This document shows, piece after piece, positions 1 through 9,858 of a stretch of 64,000 nt of DNA. A program made the position numbers and the translations under genes. The notes under the pieces are model-generated. The model saw only the letters and a program-made list of their open reading frames with translations. It did not search any database and was not told the origin of the DNA. Position 1 is the stretch's first letter. Each line of letters starts with the position of its first letter. This DNA is from Thermofilaceae archaeon (GTDB taxonomy: Archaea > Thermoproteota > Thermoprotei > Thermofilales > Thermofilaceae), in the NCBI GenBank assembly GCA_038861545.1, contig JAWCCZ010000001.1, forward strand, positions 416,001 to 480,000, given 5' to 3'.

Positions 1-325
1 CAAGCTTTACAAGCCCGTCACCGTAACGCCATTCATGGATCCTAGCGGATAAGTTTGCAGGACCTGAAAGCCTTAAGCGGACGCCAAACGAATACCTAGT
101 TTTAGAGGGGTTAAAGTACCTAGGATACGAATTCGATTTCCAAATTAGACGGAGATCCTGTATATCGTCAGGCCATCGAGGCCAGCAATCAGTAACAGCC
201 AAGCCATCTCGTAATTCAATGATTAGCTCCGTTCCTCTAAACGGTTTAGTAGAAGTAAGGTAAATTATCGCACTTCGGAATACCCTTTCCTCTGCATCAA
301 CTTCAACTACAACCTTAACCTTCAT
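1..325 (-). CDS. hypothetical protein, partial (3' end runs off the window)
   Basis: Manual translation from ATG at 325 (MKVKVVVEVDAEERVFRSAIIYL...) has no stop to the window edge; not in the ORF track. Confidence 0.7.
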   Translation of the reverse strand, partial: MKVKVVVEVDAEERVFRSAIIYLTSTKPFRGTELIIELRDGLAVTDCWPRWPDDIQDLRLIWKSNSYPRYFNPSKTRYSFGVRLRLSGPANLSARIHEWRYGDGLVKL

Positions 326-633
326 CACAGTCAAATGAATCTGGCAACGCCACGTTATATACGCTCCTTCCTAGGCTAGCGTATTCGGTTAGGAACTCTA
401 AAGGCTCACCCAGTAGATTCACTCAAAATTAATCTCCATTAAACATTCCCCATACAATTAGCGAAGAAAATTAAAAATGACAATTACGCTGAGCACTGAC
501 CTGTGCGTTACGTGATCCTACATAGCTTGGAGTTCCTGTTACTGCATTGAAAGTGAATCTTACGAATCTACCCTGTAGATTAAAATCCATGTAGTGGCGA
601 GTTGTTTCCCGTAAGGTTTTATAACAATCCCGG

Positions 634-1104
634 TTGTTGAGTTACATGGCTCCATCAAGCTGCGAAATAGGGAAGAACCCAACTGGGCTTAGAGAAGAAC
701 TCCTTAAAGCATTCATAGAAGCTCTTGCCGATCTCAAGACAATTACAATAGGTTTAGCGAAGATCACTTGGGAGAAGGCTGCAGAGGTTGTAATAGCCGA
801 TTTGGGTATACCGCGTCTACCGGATCCAGCTGAAGGGCTTAAGAACTTTATTTCCAGCTTCGGGGAATCCGTCGAAGTCGAAACCGGCGAAGAAGTGGAG
901 GTCGTAGTTAAATCCCCTTGCTTTTTCTCGCTAAAAAACTGTGCAGAGCTGTGTCCTCTACCACACGTGTCTGCCGTTTACCTGAAAACCCTTTCCTCCG
1001 AGGAATGGGTACCTAGGCGCGCAGGTAAGGCTTTCGTGGAAATGGTTCAAGGTGGCTGTAAATTCAGACTTGTTAAAATCGGCTCAAGTTTTTCTCGCGA
1101 ATAG
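634..1104 (+). CDS. hypothetical protein, possibly V4R-like fold
   Basis: 156-aa ORF with spaced cysteines (SPCF...C...LCP...GGCKF), reminiscent of V4R-type domains; true start may be ATG 646. Confidence 0.55.
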   Translation: MLSYMAPSSCEIGKNPTGLREELLKAFIEALADLKTITIGLAKITWEKAAEVVIADLGIPRLPDPAEGLKNFISSFGESVEVETGEEVEVVVKSPCFFSLKNCAELCPLPHVSAVYLKTLSSEEWVPRRAGKAFVEMVQGGCKFRLVKIGSSFSRE

Positions 1105-1181
1105 TTGATTGCTAAACGCCTGTAGAGCAAGCCTATTCCCTGATGAGCAAACTTATTGGGAAGCTGGTCGTAGTAGCCTTG

Positions 1182-1976
1182 ATGAAAGTATTCGTCATGA
1201 CCGATCTAGAGGGGGCTACAGGAGTTGCAGGAACATGGGAGGATTTTAACCCTGGAGGACGCCTTCACGAAGAGGCTAGGCGAATGTTAACGAGGGACGT
1301 TAATGCGGCTGTTGAGGGCGCGTTCAGAGGAGGAGCAGATGAAGTAGTGGTGCTGGATGGCCATGGAGCAGCTTTCAGCATATTGCTTGAGGACTTAAAC
1401 CCTGAGGCTAAACTTATCAGGGGTAGAAGGGTTTTAGAAATGGAGGGACTTGACGAAAGCTTTGACGCGGTCCTAGCTGTGGGGGCTCACGCTATGGCTG
1501 GTACCCCATTCGCTCTTCTCTGTCATACTCTCTCGCATACAGCAATTCAAGAAATAAAGGTTAACGGGTTACTCGTTGGTGAAGTAGGTTTATGGGCTTT
1601 AATAGCCGGATATTACGGCGTACCTTTTGCGATGGTTGCAGGGGATGCTACGGCGGTCGAGGAGGCTAAGAGATTAGTGAAACGGGTTGAAGGGGTCGCT
1701 GTTAAAAGAGCTACAAGCATGTACGCTGCTGAATGCTTGCACCCATCTATTACATATAAGATGATTGCAGGGTCTGCTGAGAATGCTTTGAAAAAATGCT
1801 CTAAGAATGAGCTAAAACCCTATACTTTAGAGGGGGAAGTGTTAATGGAGGTTACATACATTCTTCCCTCCACAGCTGAGAGAGTAGCTACACGGTTTGG
1901 GGTGCAAAAGCTGGATGGAAAAACCGTAGCGTACAAGGGAAATAACATTTTAGAGTGTTTAGGCATGCTGCTATGA
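1182..1976 (+). CDS. M55 family D-aminopeptidase (DppA-type zinc peptidase)
   Basis: N-terminal DLEG motif, DGHG, GAHAMAG, HT, GE.G and GD motifs of M55; start placed at MKVFV. Confidence 0.9.
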   Translation: MKVFVMTDLEGATGVAGTWEDFNPGGRLHEEARRMLTRDVNAAVEGAFRGGADEVVVLDGHGAAFSILLEDLNPEAKLIRGRRVLEMEGLDESFDAVLAVGAHAMAGTPFALLCHTLSHTAIQEIKVNGLLVGEVGLWALIAGYYGVPFAMVAGDATAVEEAKRLVKRVEGVAVKRATSMYAAECLHPSITYKMIAGSAENALKKCSKNELKPYTLEGEVLMEVTYILPSTAERVATRFGVQKLDGKTVAYKGNNILECLGMLL

Positions 1977-2377
1977 ATCAAATTGAAAGTATCTGGAAGT
2001 CTCGAAGCTACTGTCTGAGCTGCAGCCTTTGCTGTAAGAATACAGAGATGGTGCTAACTCCTAGCGATATTGAAAGGATTGGAGAACACGGCTTTAAGAA
2101 GGAAGACTTTATTGAGATCGTGGATGGCTTTTTCAAGCTGAAGAATGTTGAAGGGCACTGTGTTTTCCTTAGAGAGGGTCGCTGTATGATCTACAGTTAC
2201 CGGCCAATCGGGTGCTCGCTTTACCCAATAGTGATAGAAGTGGATACTGGCGACATCACCCTTGATTACGAGTGTCCACTAGCAGCGACAACAACTCTCG
2301 AGGAGTTTAGTAAGGCGCGTAGATTCGCGCAGCTTATACTAGAAGAGCTCTCGCTTGCAAGGAATTATCGCAAATGA
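1973..2377 (+). CDS. YkgJ-family cysteine-cluster (Fe-S/Zn) protein
   Basis: CxxCxxCC ... CVFL ... CMIY..RP..C..YP pattern; ATGA overlap with the upstream stop. Confidence 0.85.
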   Translation: MNQIESIWKSRSYCLSCSLCCKNTEMVLTPSDIERIGEHGFKKEDFIEIVDGFFKLKNVEGHCVFLREGRCMIYSYRPIGCSLYPIVIEVDTGDITLDYECPLAATTTLEEFSKARRFAQLILEELSLARNYRK

Positions 2378-2383
2378 TGAGCT

Positions 2384-2593
2384 CTATATGGTTTTCTTTT
2401 CTCCCTTATAACGAGTCCTTTGTAACATTCGCCAGCGCGTTACCGCGATCAGTAAAGCAGTTGCTACAGCAGCAGCAAAGGCCATGAGCGCAAATCTAAA
2501 GGACCAGCTTTCTAAGTCTACGGGGATTGTATCCAATTTAGCTAGTAGCTGAGCCCAGTCACTGATTACAGCTAGGAACCTTGCTCTTCTCAT
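2384..2593 (-). CDS. small membrane protein
   Basis: 69 aa with one hydrophobic helix, 7 bp downstream of ribK on the same strand. Confidence 0.5.
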   Translation of the reverse strand: MRRARFLAVISDWAQLLAKLDTIPVDLESWSFRFALMAFAAAVATALLIAVTRWRMLQRTRYKGEKKTI

Positions 2594-2600
2594 CGAGGGG

Positions 2601-3293
2601 TTATTTATGCGCCCTTGAAAAATCTGAGCTTAGTAGGACTTCAACCCTTACAATATCCCCATCCTTCAATGCTAGCATTTCTCTAAGGCATACTTTAGAT
2701 ACTAGTTCTAGAACATCAGGTCCGTAAACTGTCTTATCCGGTATGACAATGCCCGCCTCTATCGACCTATTTATAATAGCTCTGAATACCTTCGCCCCGC
2801 AGAAGTTTCTATCTTCTCTCGAGATAGGTGGTATCCTTAAGCAGTCATAGCTTTCAAGCAGCTTTCTCTTAGTAATGGATTCTGGATCGAGCCTCAGGTT
2901 TAGCGTACCCGGGTATGGCTCGAAACCAAGTAATCGACGAAACCAATCCTTGTACTCGTCCAGCGAGGTGTATAGTTCTCCCTCACCTAAACCGCTGAAG
3001 ACTTTACCGTTAAGTATCAAGCGTCTTACGCCTTTGATACACGAAGAGAGAATGCCTAAAAGGGAGCTTAATTCACCTATAGCCTTAGGTGTCAACACAT
3101 AACGTCCTCTTTTACTTTTCGGTGTTACTTCAACGTAACCTAGCTCAATGCTTTCCCGTAACCATTTATTTAACGTCCAAGCAGAGATTTCTAAGTTAGA
3201 AGCAATAAGGGTTTTTTCAATCTTAACGGGAGAACGGGCACAACCCTGCTTAGCTAGCTCGAGTAACAATGCAAGCAACTCGTAGCGCTTCAT
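2601..3293 (-). CDS. ribK: CTP-dependent riboflavin kinase with N-terminal winged HTH (RbkR type)
   Basis: GKVFSGLGEG, PYPGTLN and LRE.L.LKDGD motifs; N-terminal HTH. Confidence 0.9.
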   Translation of the reverse strand: MKRYELLALLLELAKQGCARSPVKIEKTLIASNLEISAWTLNKWLRESIELGYVEVTPKSKRGRYVLTPKAIGELSSLLGILSSCIKGVRRLILNGKVFSGLGEGELYTSLDEYKDWFRRLLGFEPYPGTLNLRLDPESITKRKLLESYDCLRIPPISREDRNFCGAKVFRAIINRSIEAGIVIPDKTVYGPDVLELVSKVCLREMLALKDGDIVRVEVLLSSDFSRAHK

Positions 3294-3436
3294 AATGCGT
3301 TAAATTGTTCAGCTTCACATAAATAAATTTGCCTTGAGGCTTTAACTCCCTTTTTAATAAACAGAGCTTGAATTTTCGTGGAAAGGTAAATAACGTTAAG
3401 ACGATAACGCTAAATGCTTTCGATTAAAGTCTTTGT

Positions 3437-3979
3437 ATGGAGGCTTCAATTATTCGCTTAAAGCCAGTGAACGTTGAAGGATGGTTAGTCATGGAGTTAC
3501 AAAATTATCTTAAAAACTCATTTAGCGTGAAAGTTACTATCGAAAGAGACGTTAGCATAAGCAGTTTGCAGGCGTATTACGATGAAGAAAGAGGTCAGAT
3601 ACGAGCTGATCTCCTCCTAGAAGATCTTTCAAAATACACACAACCTATATCACTAGTGATAATCGACGCCGACGCGTACGTGCCAAGGCTTAACTTCATT
3701 TTCGGCATAGCTAAGCCAGAATGGGGTGGCGCTGTCTTTCTGGCAAGGCTTAGACCTGAGTATTACGATGTACCATCTGATAAAGAACTACTTCTCTCTC
3801 GCTTCATCAAAGAATCGATCCATGAGCTTGGGCATGCTTTCGGCCTTGATCACTGCAGAAATGTGAGCTGCGTAATGAGGTTCAGCAACTCTATCTACGA
3901 AGTTGATGCGAAAACTCATCGCTTCTGTGTCCAGTGCAGCCGACGGTTACAAATCTTTCATCCGGGGCTTTTACGGTAG
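3437..3979 (+). CDS. amzA: archaemetzincin (M54 zinc metalloprotease)
   Basis: HELGHAFGLDHC, CVM Met-turn, LNFIFG, C-terminal CxxC. Confidence 0.92.
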   Translation: MEASIIRLKPVNVEGWLVMELQNYLKNSFSVKVTIERDVSISSLQAYYDEERGQIRADLLLEDLSKYTQPISLVIIDADAYVPRLNFIFGIAKPEWGGAVFLARLRPEYYDVPSDKELLLSRFIKESIHELGHAFGLDHCRNVSCVMRFSNSIYEVDAKTHRFCVQCSRRLQIFHPGLLR

Positions 3980-4750
3980 CTTGAGTGTTTCCCTAAACTT
4001 TTCCCTAGCCCTTCTCCGCCCTAGCACAAACATATATGAGGTGAAAACCGAGGATGCAGCTACGGCGGCACAAATATAGCTGAAGCCAGTAATTCCTTTC
4101 GATGAAAAAGTTAAGTAAAAGGGTAGCAGGACTGTAAGGAGGGCGGCTGTTACCGCGAGCAACAGAGCGAGAATGCTTTCAGCTATTAACCAGCCCATTA
4201 AGCTGGGCCTTGAGTTTAAAGAGAAGCCGGTTCCCACATCGACTATTAACGCTGTTTTTGGAGCTCCAATAGTAACTGCTACAAAGATAAGGTCCCCAAT
4301 ACTGCCTAAAATGTTCCAGAAAAACATACCTGCTACTAAGAGCTGGAGTGAATTTCCGCTCAGCAAACTGAGAATAGCTAAGAGAGGGGTAAGGAAAACT
4401 AATGGAGCCAAAGCGATTAGGCGCCATTTACCCAGCGGTATGGGCTCCGGTGACCTGAAGCCTAAACCCACGGCTAGCAGCTTTTTCTCAGTATAGAAAA
4501 ACACACTCACCTTCCCGGACCCGGCTATTTTAGCGGTTACCACGTGAAACAACTCATGTGCAGGAATTAAAGGGATCGCTGAGAGAATAAGCAGTAAAAC
4601 CCCCTGCTGCGAGAGGACATTCTCCGCCAACGCTGTAACTAAGTGTAGCGCGAGTGGTATTAGCAAGAGAGTTAACGCCAATATATACTCCGATATCTCC
4701 TTGATGTTAACTTTATACGAGATTTGGTCGTAGTTGCTTCCCAAATTCAC
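3971..4750 (-). CDS. membrane zincin-like protein (DUF3267-type putative metalloprotease)
   Basis: HELFH motif after a TM helix, LAP motif and N...S.GD motif, multiple TM segments. Confidence 0.7.
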   Translation of the reverse strand: MNLGSNYDQISYKVNIKEISEYILALTLLLIPLALHLVTALAENVLSQQGVLLLILSAIPLIPAHELFHVVTAKIAGSGKVSVFFYTEKKLLAVGLGFRSPEPIPLGKWRLIALAPLVFLTPLLAILSLLSGNSLQLLVAGMFFWNILGSIGDLIFVAVTIGAPKTALIVDVGTGFSLNSRPSLMGWLIAESILALLLAVTAALLTVLLPFYLTFSSKGITGFSYICAAVAASSVFTSYMFVLGRRRAREKFRETLKLP

Positions 4751-4776
4751 GATCAGATAGCTAAAAATATCTTGAA

Positions 4777-5676
4777 GTGTTTTTCGCCCCCATCCCTGTG
4801 GAAAGCATAGCTAATGCACTCATAAAGCTTTACCTCCCAGCCGCTCTCGGGATATTTTTTTCTCGAGCAGCTAAGCCTGGTGAAGAGTTCTTCCGCTTAC
4901 TCTCTAAAGCGTTGCTGTACTCCTTCCTTCCCCTGCTACTATTTACATCGATTTACGGTGCTAACCCGCTCGAGCTCGCTGCAGGTTTCACTCAAATAAC
5001 TGTTGCAGTAGCAGTAAATGTTGTAACTTCTGCAACTTTCTCCTACATTTTGACAAGGGATTTGGAGATCGTACAGCTTTCAGTCTACGTGAACGCCGGT
5101 TATCTTCCAATACCGATAGCTTATACGCTGTGGGGTTCCTCGGCTCTACCTCTTGTCGGTTTCTACATACTTTTCAATGCTTCGCTGGGCTACTTGCTAG
5201 CTCCTGTACTCATTAAAGGTGATCTTCAATCCGGATTAAAAGAAATGGTCAAGTTTCCCCCACTCTATGCGATTCTAGCCGGTCTACTTGTGTCGCTGAT
5301 GGGTGTAGAATTTCCGAGCTTCATAGAAGAAGCGGTAAAAGATGTTAGTAATGTGACACCCTACCTGGCCCTTTTTACATTAGGTGCTCAAGTTTCGCAT
5401 GCTGGTTTCAAAGTTGACGGTAAAACGGCAAAGTTGGCCTTGGTGAGGTTCTTTATAGCCCCGCTAGTAGTCTGGCTGTCAGCTCCTCTTTACCTAATAC
5501 CCTCTAACCTATCTTACAAGGTCGCGCTGCTGGAGTCTTGCATGCCTCCAGCGGTCACGAATGTAGTTCTCTCCAGCGTTTACTCCACCGAGCCCGGGAA
5601 AACTGTTAGAACTGTTTTCTCGCTTACTCTAATGTCTATGCTGATTGTACCGGCAGTTATGGTTTTGCTAAGTTAA
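4777..5676 (+). CDS. AEC family transporter (auxin efflux carrier/malate permease-like)
   Basis: About 10 TM helices; LP.LLF, NAGYLPIP, PPLYA and MPPAV motifs. Confidence 0.85.
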   Translation: MFFAPIPVESIANALIKLYLPAALGIFFSRAAKPGEEFFRLLSKALLYSFLPLLLFTSIYGANPLELAAGFTQITVAVAVNVVTSATFSYILTRDLEIVQLSVYVNAGYLPIPIAYTLWGSSALPLVGFYILFNASLGYLLAPVLIKGDLQSGLKEMVKFPPLYAILAGLLVSLMGVEFPSFIEEAVKDVSNVTPYLALFTLGAQVSHAGFKVDGKTAKLALVRFFIAPLVVWLSAPLYLIPSNLSYKVALLESCMPPAVTNVVLSSVYSTEPGKTVRTVFSLTLMSMLIVPAVMVLLS

Positions 5677-5718
5677 CATCAGCGCTACTTTTAACTTTAC
5701 CCTACGCTAGCCGAGTAT

Positions 5719-6519
5719 GTGGGTCTAGCACCGGGATCCAAGGCGATTGTAATTTCCGTGGGTAACGAGCTTTTGATCGGCAAGGTTGTTAACACTAATT
5801 TCAGTTGGCTGGGCTCTAAGTTAACCGAGCTAGGTTTTAGAGTGGATAGGGGAATAGTTGTTCCGGACGACTTGGAAGTAATATCTTGGGCTTTTAGAAC
5901 TGCGGTTGACGCCGGCGCCAAGGTCGTGATCGCGACCGGGGGTCTTGGACCGACTTTCGATGATATGACGTCTGAAGGGTTAGCAAGGGCCATGGGTGTA
6001 GAGATGGAATTGAATGACGATGCGTTGGAAATGATCAGAAGGAAGTACGGAGGTGAGCTCACTGAGAGTAGGACAAAGATGGCTAAGATGCCTAGAGGTG
6101 CGAAGCCGATCGCGAACCCAGTAGGTACGGCACCCGGAGTTGAAGTTGAGTGGCGTGGGTCTATGTTTTTCCTCCTTCCCGGGGTTCCGTCAGAAATGAT
6201 GGCTATGTTTGAAGAAAATATTAAACCAAAGCTTATCCAGCGGGTACGGACTTTAAAGAGAGCCGAGTCTCTTCTCCGCTCCATTGGCTTACCCGAGTCT
6301 CTAGCTGCACCGGTCGTGGAGAATGCTGCGAAAATAGGGGAGTATACGTATGTAAAGAGCCACCCTAAGGGCTCGGAGACGGGTAAGCCCATTCTAGAAC
6401 TACATGTAACGGCGTATGGGGTTAGCGAAGAGGAAGCTTTAAACAAGCTTGAAGAAGTTATAAACTATCTATTTAGGGAACTAAGCAGTAGGGGGGCTCA
6501 AGTTTATAGAATCGGCTAG
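5719..6519 (+). CDS. CinA N-terminal/MoCF-biosynthesis domain protein (COG1058, ADP-ribose/FAD pyrophosphatase-like)
   Basis: GNELLIG...NTN, GGLGPTFDDMT, NPVGTAPG, LPGVPSEM motifs. Confidence 0.88.
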   Translation: MGLAPGSKAIVISVGNELLIGKVVNTNFSWLGSKLTELGFRVDRGIVVPDDLEVISWAFRTAVDAGAKVVIATGGLGPTFDDMTSEGLARAMGVEMELNDDALEMIRRKYGGELTESRTKMAKMPRGAKPIANPVGTAPGVEVEWRGSMFFLLPGVPSEMMAMFEENIKPKLIQRVRTLKRAESLLRSIGLPESLAAPVVENAAKIGEYTYVKSHPKGSETGKPILELHVTAYGVSEEEALNKLEEVINYLFRELSSRGAQVYRIG

Positions 6520-6530
6520 CGGTAAGGGGT

Positions 6531-7571
6531 ATGAAGGTCTGGTTGGATGCTCTAACCCCCAAGCAGGGTAGACTTATTGCAAGTCTGGCTAACGTGCTTA
6601 AGGAAGACGGATATGAAGTACTGGTCACGTGCCGAGATTATGAGTGCACGTACTTTTCGATTAAACTGTATGGCTTAGAGCCGGTGGTAGTCGGCATACA
6701 CGGTGGATCCACGAATTTGGGTAAGCTCGTAGCCGATGGGGAAAGAATACTTGCATTATCAAGGCTTGTGGATTCCTTTAAGCCACATGTTTTGATCTCC
6801 TATCCGAATCCTTCAGCAAGTAGAGTTGCTTTCGGTTTGGGCTCAAAGTACGTAGCTTTTAACGATACTCCTCATGCTGTAGCTGCCAACAGGTTAGCCC
6901 TACCTCTATGCGACGCGCTAGTAGCTTCGGAGGCGTTGCAAGGCGATTTCGACAGTTTCCTGCTACCCGGTACGCGGGTTACATACTACAAAGGTGTCGA
7001 TGAAGCTATCTGGGTTAAACGGTTTATTCCTAAAGGGATCACAGCTCGAGGGCTCAACTTAGAGGAAAGGCGCTATGTTATAGTAAGGCCCGAGGAGTAC
7101 AAGGCGGCTTATTACTCGTGGGAGGGATGGAGTTGGCTTGAACTATGCGAAGAGCTTAAAAGAAAAGGGTTCAGCGTTGTGGTACTCCCAAGGTATGAGG
7201 AGCAGCGGTTAGCGGCTCTAAAACGGGGTTTCACAGTCCCCTCATCCTGCATCGATGGAATGGATTTAACATACTACGCTGCAGCTGTTGTGACAGGGGG
7301 TGGGACGATGGCTCGGGAAGCTGCACTTCTTGGCGTACCCTCCTACTATATGTTCCCCTTAGAGCTGAAGGTCAGCAACCTTGTCTCAGCGATAGGCTTC
7401 CCTTTAAAGAGATGGAGGGGGAGCCCACGCGAACTGGCAGAAGAGATAGCGAGCATAGAGATTAGTGAAATCGAGGAATCTATTCTTAAAGCCAAAAGTT
7501 TGCTGGATAAAATAGAGACGCCTGAAAAAATTCTAGCTGGGATTTTAACAGATCTTTTAGGCTCAAACTAA
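6531..7571 (+). CDS. DUF354 family GT-B fold protein
   Basis: KVWLD..TPKQ N-terminus, DTPHA, GGGTMAREAALLGVP. Confidence 0.85.
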   Translation: MKVWLDALTPKQGRLIASLANVLKEDGYEVLVTCRDYECTYFSIKLYGLEPVVVGIHGGSTNLGKLVADGERILALSRLVDSFKPHVLISYPNPSASRVAFGLGSKYVAFNDTPHAVAANRLALPLCDALVASEALQGDFDSFLLPGTRVTYYKGVDEAIWVKRFIPKGITARGLNLEERRYVIVRPEEYKAAYYSWEGWSWLELCEELKRKGFSVVVLPRYEEQRLAALKRGFTVPSSCIDGMDLTYYAAAVVTGGGTMAREAALLGVPSYYMFPLELKVSNLVSAIGFPLKRWRGSPRELAEEIASIEISEIEESILKAKSLLDKIETPEKILAGILTDLLGSN

Positions 7572-8633
7572 CAGCTCGCGCGGGAGCTTTACCTCAACTT
7601 CTTTGCCTTTACTGGCTGATTCATAGATAGTTTCAAGGATAAACTGCTCTATAACGATCTCGCGCGGATCTATCGGAGGAGGTCCACCTTTTCTTACAGC
7701 TTCGACAAAGGCTTTTACTTTCTCCCTATAGGTGTCAACTTGAGGTAACATAAGCGTAGTCGTAGTCATGTAACCCCACTCATCTCTGTAAACTTCTAAG
7801 GGGGACAGCTTTAAACCACCCTTGGTACCAAGGAAGAAAGCCGACCCAATGCTGTTTGAATGCATCGCCCAAGATTCTTTCAGGACTACCGAGCAGCCCC
7901 CCTCCAGTCTGATGAACGCGACAGCGAAGTCCTCAACTTCAAAATCCTCTGGGTTCCAGCTCCATCCGCATTCAACAACGGAGTTTTTCTGAGGGCCGAT
8001 TGCAGCTTCAACGGCTGCTGACACGCTTACGGGGCGGGGAAATCCCAAGATATGCATTGCATTATCGATTGCATAACAGCCTAAGTCAAGTACAACTCCA
8101 CCACCGGCTAACTCGCGTTTCAAGAATGTGGCTGAACCTGGTATACCCCTCCTTCTCCCACCCAGGGTTGCTTCGCAATAGTATATTTTACCTAGCGAAC
8201 CCGAAGCTACGATTCTTTTAGCTGCAACAATTTCAGGAGACCATCTGCTCTGGAAACCGACCATTAGAATTCTTCCACTCTCCTTAGCTGCCTTCCACAT
8301 TTCCAGCGCGTCAGCGGCTCTTGAAGCCATAGGTTTTTCAACATGCACATGAATCCCCTTTCTAAGAGCCTCGATAGTTGGTTTGGCATGGACCCCGTGC
8401 GGAGTACACACGCTTACAGCATCAAGCTGGACGCTTTGAAGCATTCTTGAATAATCAGTGAAAACATTCTTCTCTGGTACACCCCATCTCTTTGCAAAGT
8501 CAATAGCCCTTTTCTCATCGATATCAGCTACGGCTATGAGCTCCACATCTGGCAGCTCTTTATAGTATCGCGCGTGGATGTTAGCTATTCCTCCAGTGCC
8601 TATAATACCCACCTTAACGCAATCTTCCTTCAC
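7563..8633 (-). CDS. Gfo/Idh/MocA family oxidoreductase
   Basis: GIIGTGGIA, VEKPMA, GGGVVLDLGCY motifs. Confidence 0.92.
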   Translation of the reverse strand: MKEDCVKVGIIGTGGIANIHARYYKELPDVELIAVADIDEKRAIDFAKRWGVPEKNVFTDYSRMLQSVQLDAVSVCTPHGVHAKPTIEALRKGIHVHVEKPMASRAADALEMWKAAKESGRILMVGFQSRWSPEIVAAKRIVASGSLGKIYYCEATLGGRRRGIPGSATFLKRELAGGGVVLDLGCYAIDNAMHILGFPRPVSVSAAVEAAIGPQKNSVVECGWSWNPEDFEVEDFAVAFIRLEGGCSVVLKESWAMHSNSIGSAFFLGTKGGLKLSPLEVYRDEWGYMTTTTLMLPQVDTYREKVKAFVEAVRKGGPPPIDPREIVIEQFILETIYESASKGKEVEVKLPRELLV

Positions 8634-8772
8634 AGAATGAATCGCTAAATTCTCCGGTAATAATGCATACCCTTTGTAAAACCTTAAAATAGAATATTAT
8701 TTTTAAGTTCTCTATATTTACCACAATTTCGTCTCTATTGTTTTCTTAAGAGCTTAAATTATACTGTGATTT

Positions 8773-9858
8773 TTAACTGTCTTTTATTGCCGCGTAATCC
8801 TCGTAAGTCAGCTCCTTACCTCCGCGTTTAAGCAGAACGTATACAGCTAAAGCTATAATTATGGCAGCTACAGCTAATGCTACTAGCACTGGTAGGGTTA
8901 TCCGCAGTTGCGTAGCTGGTGGTTTTACCTTATCATTCTCGGAAAGGGAGGCCTCTGTCCTGCCGAGGAGCTTACTTCCGGAATAAAGTTCAACTTCAAC
9001 TGGAACGTTTATACTAGGGAATAATAATTCTCTTTCACCATCTAGTGGAAGGTAGACTTTTCTAGCCTGCTCGAAATCTTCGGAGAAAGCCCTTATGTAA
9101 ACATAGCCCCCAACATTATCTAGGTTCCTGACTTTTACGTGAAGCCCCTCTTTTCCAACCCACGCACCGGTTATCTCAGCGGTGATCTCTGGTGGTTCTC
9201 CCAAGTATTTAAAGCCCGGGATAGAAAGTGTAAATACGTAAAAGTCGGGCGCCTCCAACTCATTGAAGTTAACCCATCTTAGTAAGCTGCCTGTCTTCGT
9301 CTCGGGTCCATGAGCAAACGGGGGTTCCCAGCGATAGTCTTGGACCTCAACGTTTTCGAAGTAGAGTTCTAGCACGTCTATCCAACTTCGAGGATCAGCG
9401 CTGGTAAAGCTGTCCCTGATTTTTACTTCAAACAAACTGTTATTGAGTGATCTAACGTAATTGCTCGTGTTAAGATAAGCTTCAACTCTCAGCAAGTAAG
9501 CCCCCCTGAACTCTGTTAGCTGTCCGGTGTTAGCTACATCGCAGAGCACAGTCTCGTCTTCTCTCCTCTCCATTCTAGCGGTAACCCTGTACTTAAGAAG
9601 CCTAGGGTTATCCGTGAGCATCATGACCATCTGGTTAGTCATCTCTTCGGAGCCTTCGATTAGGTCCGACTCAACCTCTTTTTCTCCCACGAGACTAACG
9701 CCGTTGATAGAAAACGGGTGAAGCTTTGCCTCGATTTCAACTATTCCGCTTTCTTTGAAAGTTACCTTGAAGTTGAGCGCGATCCAGTATGGGGGTTGCG
9801 CGTAAACCGTAAATGACGCGGCAATTAGTACGCACAAAGCTAGTATAACAGCTCTCAC
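8773..9858 (-). CDS. secreted/surface protein with C-terminal membrane anchor
   Basis: N-terminal signal peptide (MRAVILALCVLIAA..VYA), C-terminal TM followed by KRGGK. Confidence 0.75.
   Translation of the reverse strand: MRAVILALCVLIAASFTVYAQPPYWIALNFKVTFKESGIVEIEAKLHPFSINGVSLVGEKEVESDLIEGSEEMTNQMVMMLTDNPRLLKYRVTARMERREDETVLCDVANTGQLTEFRGAYLLRVEAYLNTSNYVRSLNNSLFEVKIRDSFTSADPRSWIDVLELYFENVEVQDYRWEPPFAHGPETKTGSLLRWVNFNELEAPDFYVFTLSIPGFKYLGEPPEITAEITGAWVGKEGLHVKVRNLDNVGGYVYIRAFSEDFEQARKVYLPLDGERELLFPSINVPVEVELYSGSKLLGRTEASLSENDKVKPPATQLRITLPVLVALAVAAIIIALAVYVLLKRGGKELTYEDYAAIKDS

Noticed and set aside
2374-2430. Perfect C box ATGATGA
   Set aside because: It is tandem stop codons at a convergent gene junction; no D box follows
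5697-6446. 249-aa minus-strand ORF, and the many similar antisense ORFs in the track
   Set aside because: Shadow frames opposite well-supported genes, Ser/Pro/Thr-rich with no motifs
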